This document shows, piece after piece, positions 62,018 to 64,000 of a stretch of 64,000 nucleotides of DNA (the first letter of the stretch is position 1; each line of letters opens with the position of its first letter). The stretch spans positions 39,866,001 to 39,930,000 of the forward strand of contig OZ024755.1 in assembly GCA_964016885.1 (NCBI GenBank), in the 5' to 3' direction. The position numbers and the translations under genes were made by a program. Below the pieces are notes generated by a model. It was not told where the DNA came from, did not search any database, and saw only the letters and a list, made by a program, of their open reading frames with translations. The DNA is from Eledone cirrhosa (Eukaryota).

Positions 62018-63534
62018 CAGGAGGACATGATATGAAGGCTAAAAAACACTTGTGGATAGTTCAGTTTTAAATCAACATATGAGAAGTAGTTTTAGATTGA
62101 TGTGTGATATTGGGAAAAATATTTTATTTAGAGGGGGGGGGGTGAAAAAAAAAGAGGAGGAGATGAGAGTGAAGGTGGAGAAGGGGGAGTATAATGAGGA
62201 AGGATGAGATAGGAGGAGAGATGGGTGATAGAGAGAGAGAGAGATAGTTTTTATAACTGAGAAAGATATATTGTTTTACATAGAGAGGTTGAAAACCGTT
62301 GGAAGATAATGTATAAATTAAAAGAATTTGAAAATTAACGAAGGGAAAAAATATGTGCGAAGAAGGAGAGGGAGTTAATATGTATTGAGAATAATGAGTT
62401 AGATGATAGGGAGAGGAGAATAATGAATTGCGGATGAATATTCTAACGTCAAAAAAAATGTATATGTTTACGAAGGATTTTTATAAGGTGATATAGAGTA
62501 AGAATGTGTTGTATTATGTAATAATTGATTCTATGTTAGGCAAGAGTGAGAAAAGGTACAGATTAGGGGTTAGATATTAGAAGAGAGGAAAAGAAAGTGA
62601 TAAATATGGGTGGTGTAGAAAGAGTCAACAAGTATTATGGAAATTTGAAAATTAACGAAGAGAAAAAAAAATAAAAATAAAAAAATAATGTAAAGTTAAG
62701 GTTTGTATATTGAAGGATTTGAGAAAAATAATGTGAAGTTAAGGTTTGTATATTGAAGGAATTGATAATATTCTCAATACATATTAACATTTTCTTTTTC
62801 TTCGCACATATTATCAATTCCTTCAATATACAAACCTTAACTTCACATTATTTTTCTCAAATCCTTAACTTTACATTATTATTTTTTTTTTCTCTTCGTT
62901 AATTTTCAAATTTCCATAATACTTGTTGACTCTTTCTACACCACCCATATTTATCACTTCCTTTTCCTCTCTTCTAATATCTAACTCCTAATCTGTACCT
63001 TTTCTCACTCTTGCCTAACATAGAATCAATTATTACATAATACAACACATTCTTACTCTATATCACCTTATAAAAATCCTTCGTAAACATATACATTTTT
63101 TTTGACGTTAGAATATTCATCCGCAATTCATTATTCTCTTCTCTCTATCATCTAACTCATTATTCTCAATACATATTAACTCCCTCTCCTTCTTCGCACA
63201 TATTTTTTCCCTTCGTTAATTTTCAAATTCTTTTAATTTATACATTATCTTCCAACGGTTTTCAACCTCTCTATGTAAAACAATATATCTTTCTCAGTTA
63301 TAAAAACTATCTCTCTCTCTCTATCACCCATCTCTCCTCCTATCTCATCCTTCCTCATTATACTCCTCCCTCTCCACCTTCACTCTCATCTCCTCTTCTT
63401 TTTTTTCACCCCCCCCCCCCCTCAAATAAAATATTTTTCCCAATATCACACATCAATCTAAAACTACTTCTCATATGTTGTTTAAAACTGAACTATCCAC
63501 AAGTGTTTTTTAGCCTTCATATCATGTCCTCCTG

Positions 63535-63601
63535 TTTTATCTGATGAAAACACAAATATTATTGCATGGTGATATTTGTTTTTGAAATGCGCATAATAAA
63601 A
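63535..63601 (+). ncRNA. Type I hammerhead ribozyme (right arm)
   Basis: TTTTAT-CTGATGA-AAACACAAATATTAT(TGC)ATGGTGATATTTGTTTTT-GAAA-TGCGCA-TA-ATAAAA. Confidence 0.85.
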
Positions 63602-63633
63602 TACATGGAACTCCTTTAACCATCTTTTGTTCT

Positions 63634-63890
<257 letters not shown>

Positions 63891-64000
63891 TACAATATGT
63901 CATATTGCTCAACACCACAATATGACATACACACACACACATAACACCAACACCTTCTACTTTAGAAAATAAAAACCCGAATTAAATAAACCTTAAACAT

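Larger units (their letters stand above)
61823..63644. mobile_element. Approximately 1.7-kb fold-back palindrome of a PLE 3'UTR/pLTR
   Basis: About 61909-62770 is the reverse complement of about 62809-63644; both arms carry hammerheads; TA flanks. Confidence 0.9.

Overview
Eukaryotic, AT-rich, gene-free 64-kb window that is essentially a nest of transposable elements embedded in (TA)n, (GATA)n and (AAT)n microsatellites. The SINE type and repeat style suggest a mollusc, probably an octopus/cephalopod; this is inference only. No host protein-coding gene is supported, and the many Tyr-Ile-repeat ORFs are microsatellite artefacts. Contents: one apparently intact full-length L1/Tx1-clade LINE (ORF1+ORF2) plus degraded relatives; two head-to-head CR1-clade ORF2s with open frames; a frameshifted R4/Dong-like RLE element; RTE fragments, one with a twin-priming inversion; at least six Penelope-like element (PLE) bodies; Helitron remnants; and tRNA-derived Meta-domain-like SINEs. 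Reading the non-coding DNA reveals a dense set of type-I hammerhead ribozymes in PLE pseudo-LTRs (about 13 with intact cores plus degenerate ones), including three unrelated copies with a compensatory U3-A8 core. Other notable features are Tx1 subfamilies flanked by different microsatellites, a SINE sharing the Tx1 3' tail, and hammerhead-bearing fold-back palindromes. All alignments and folds were done by eye, so boundaries are approximate.
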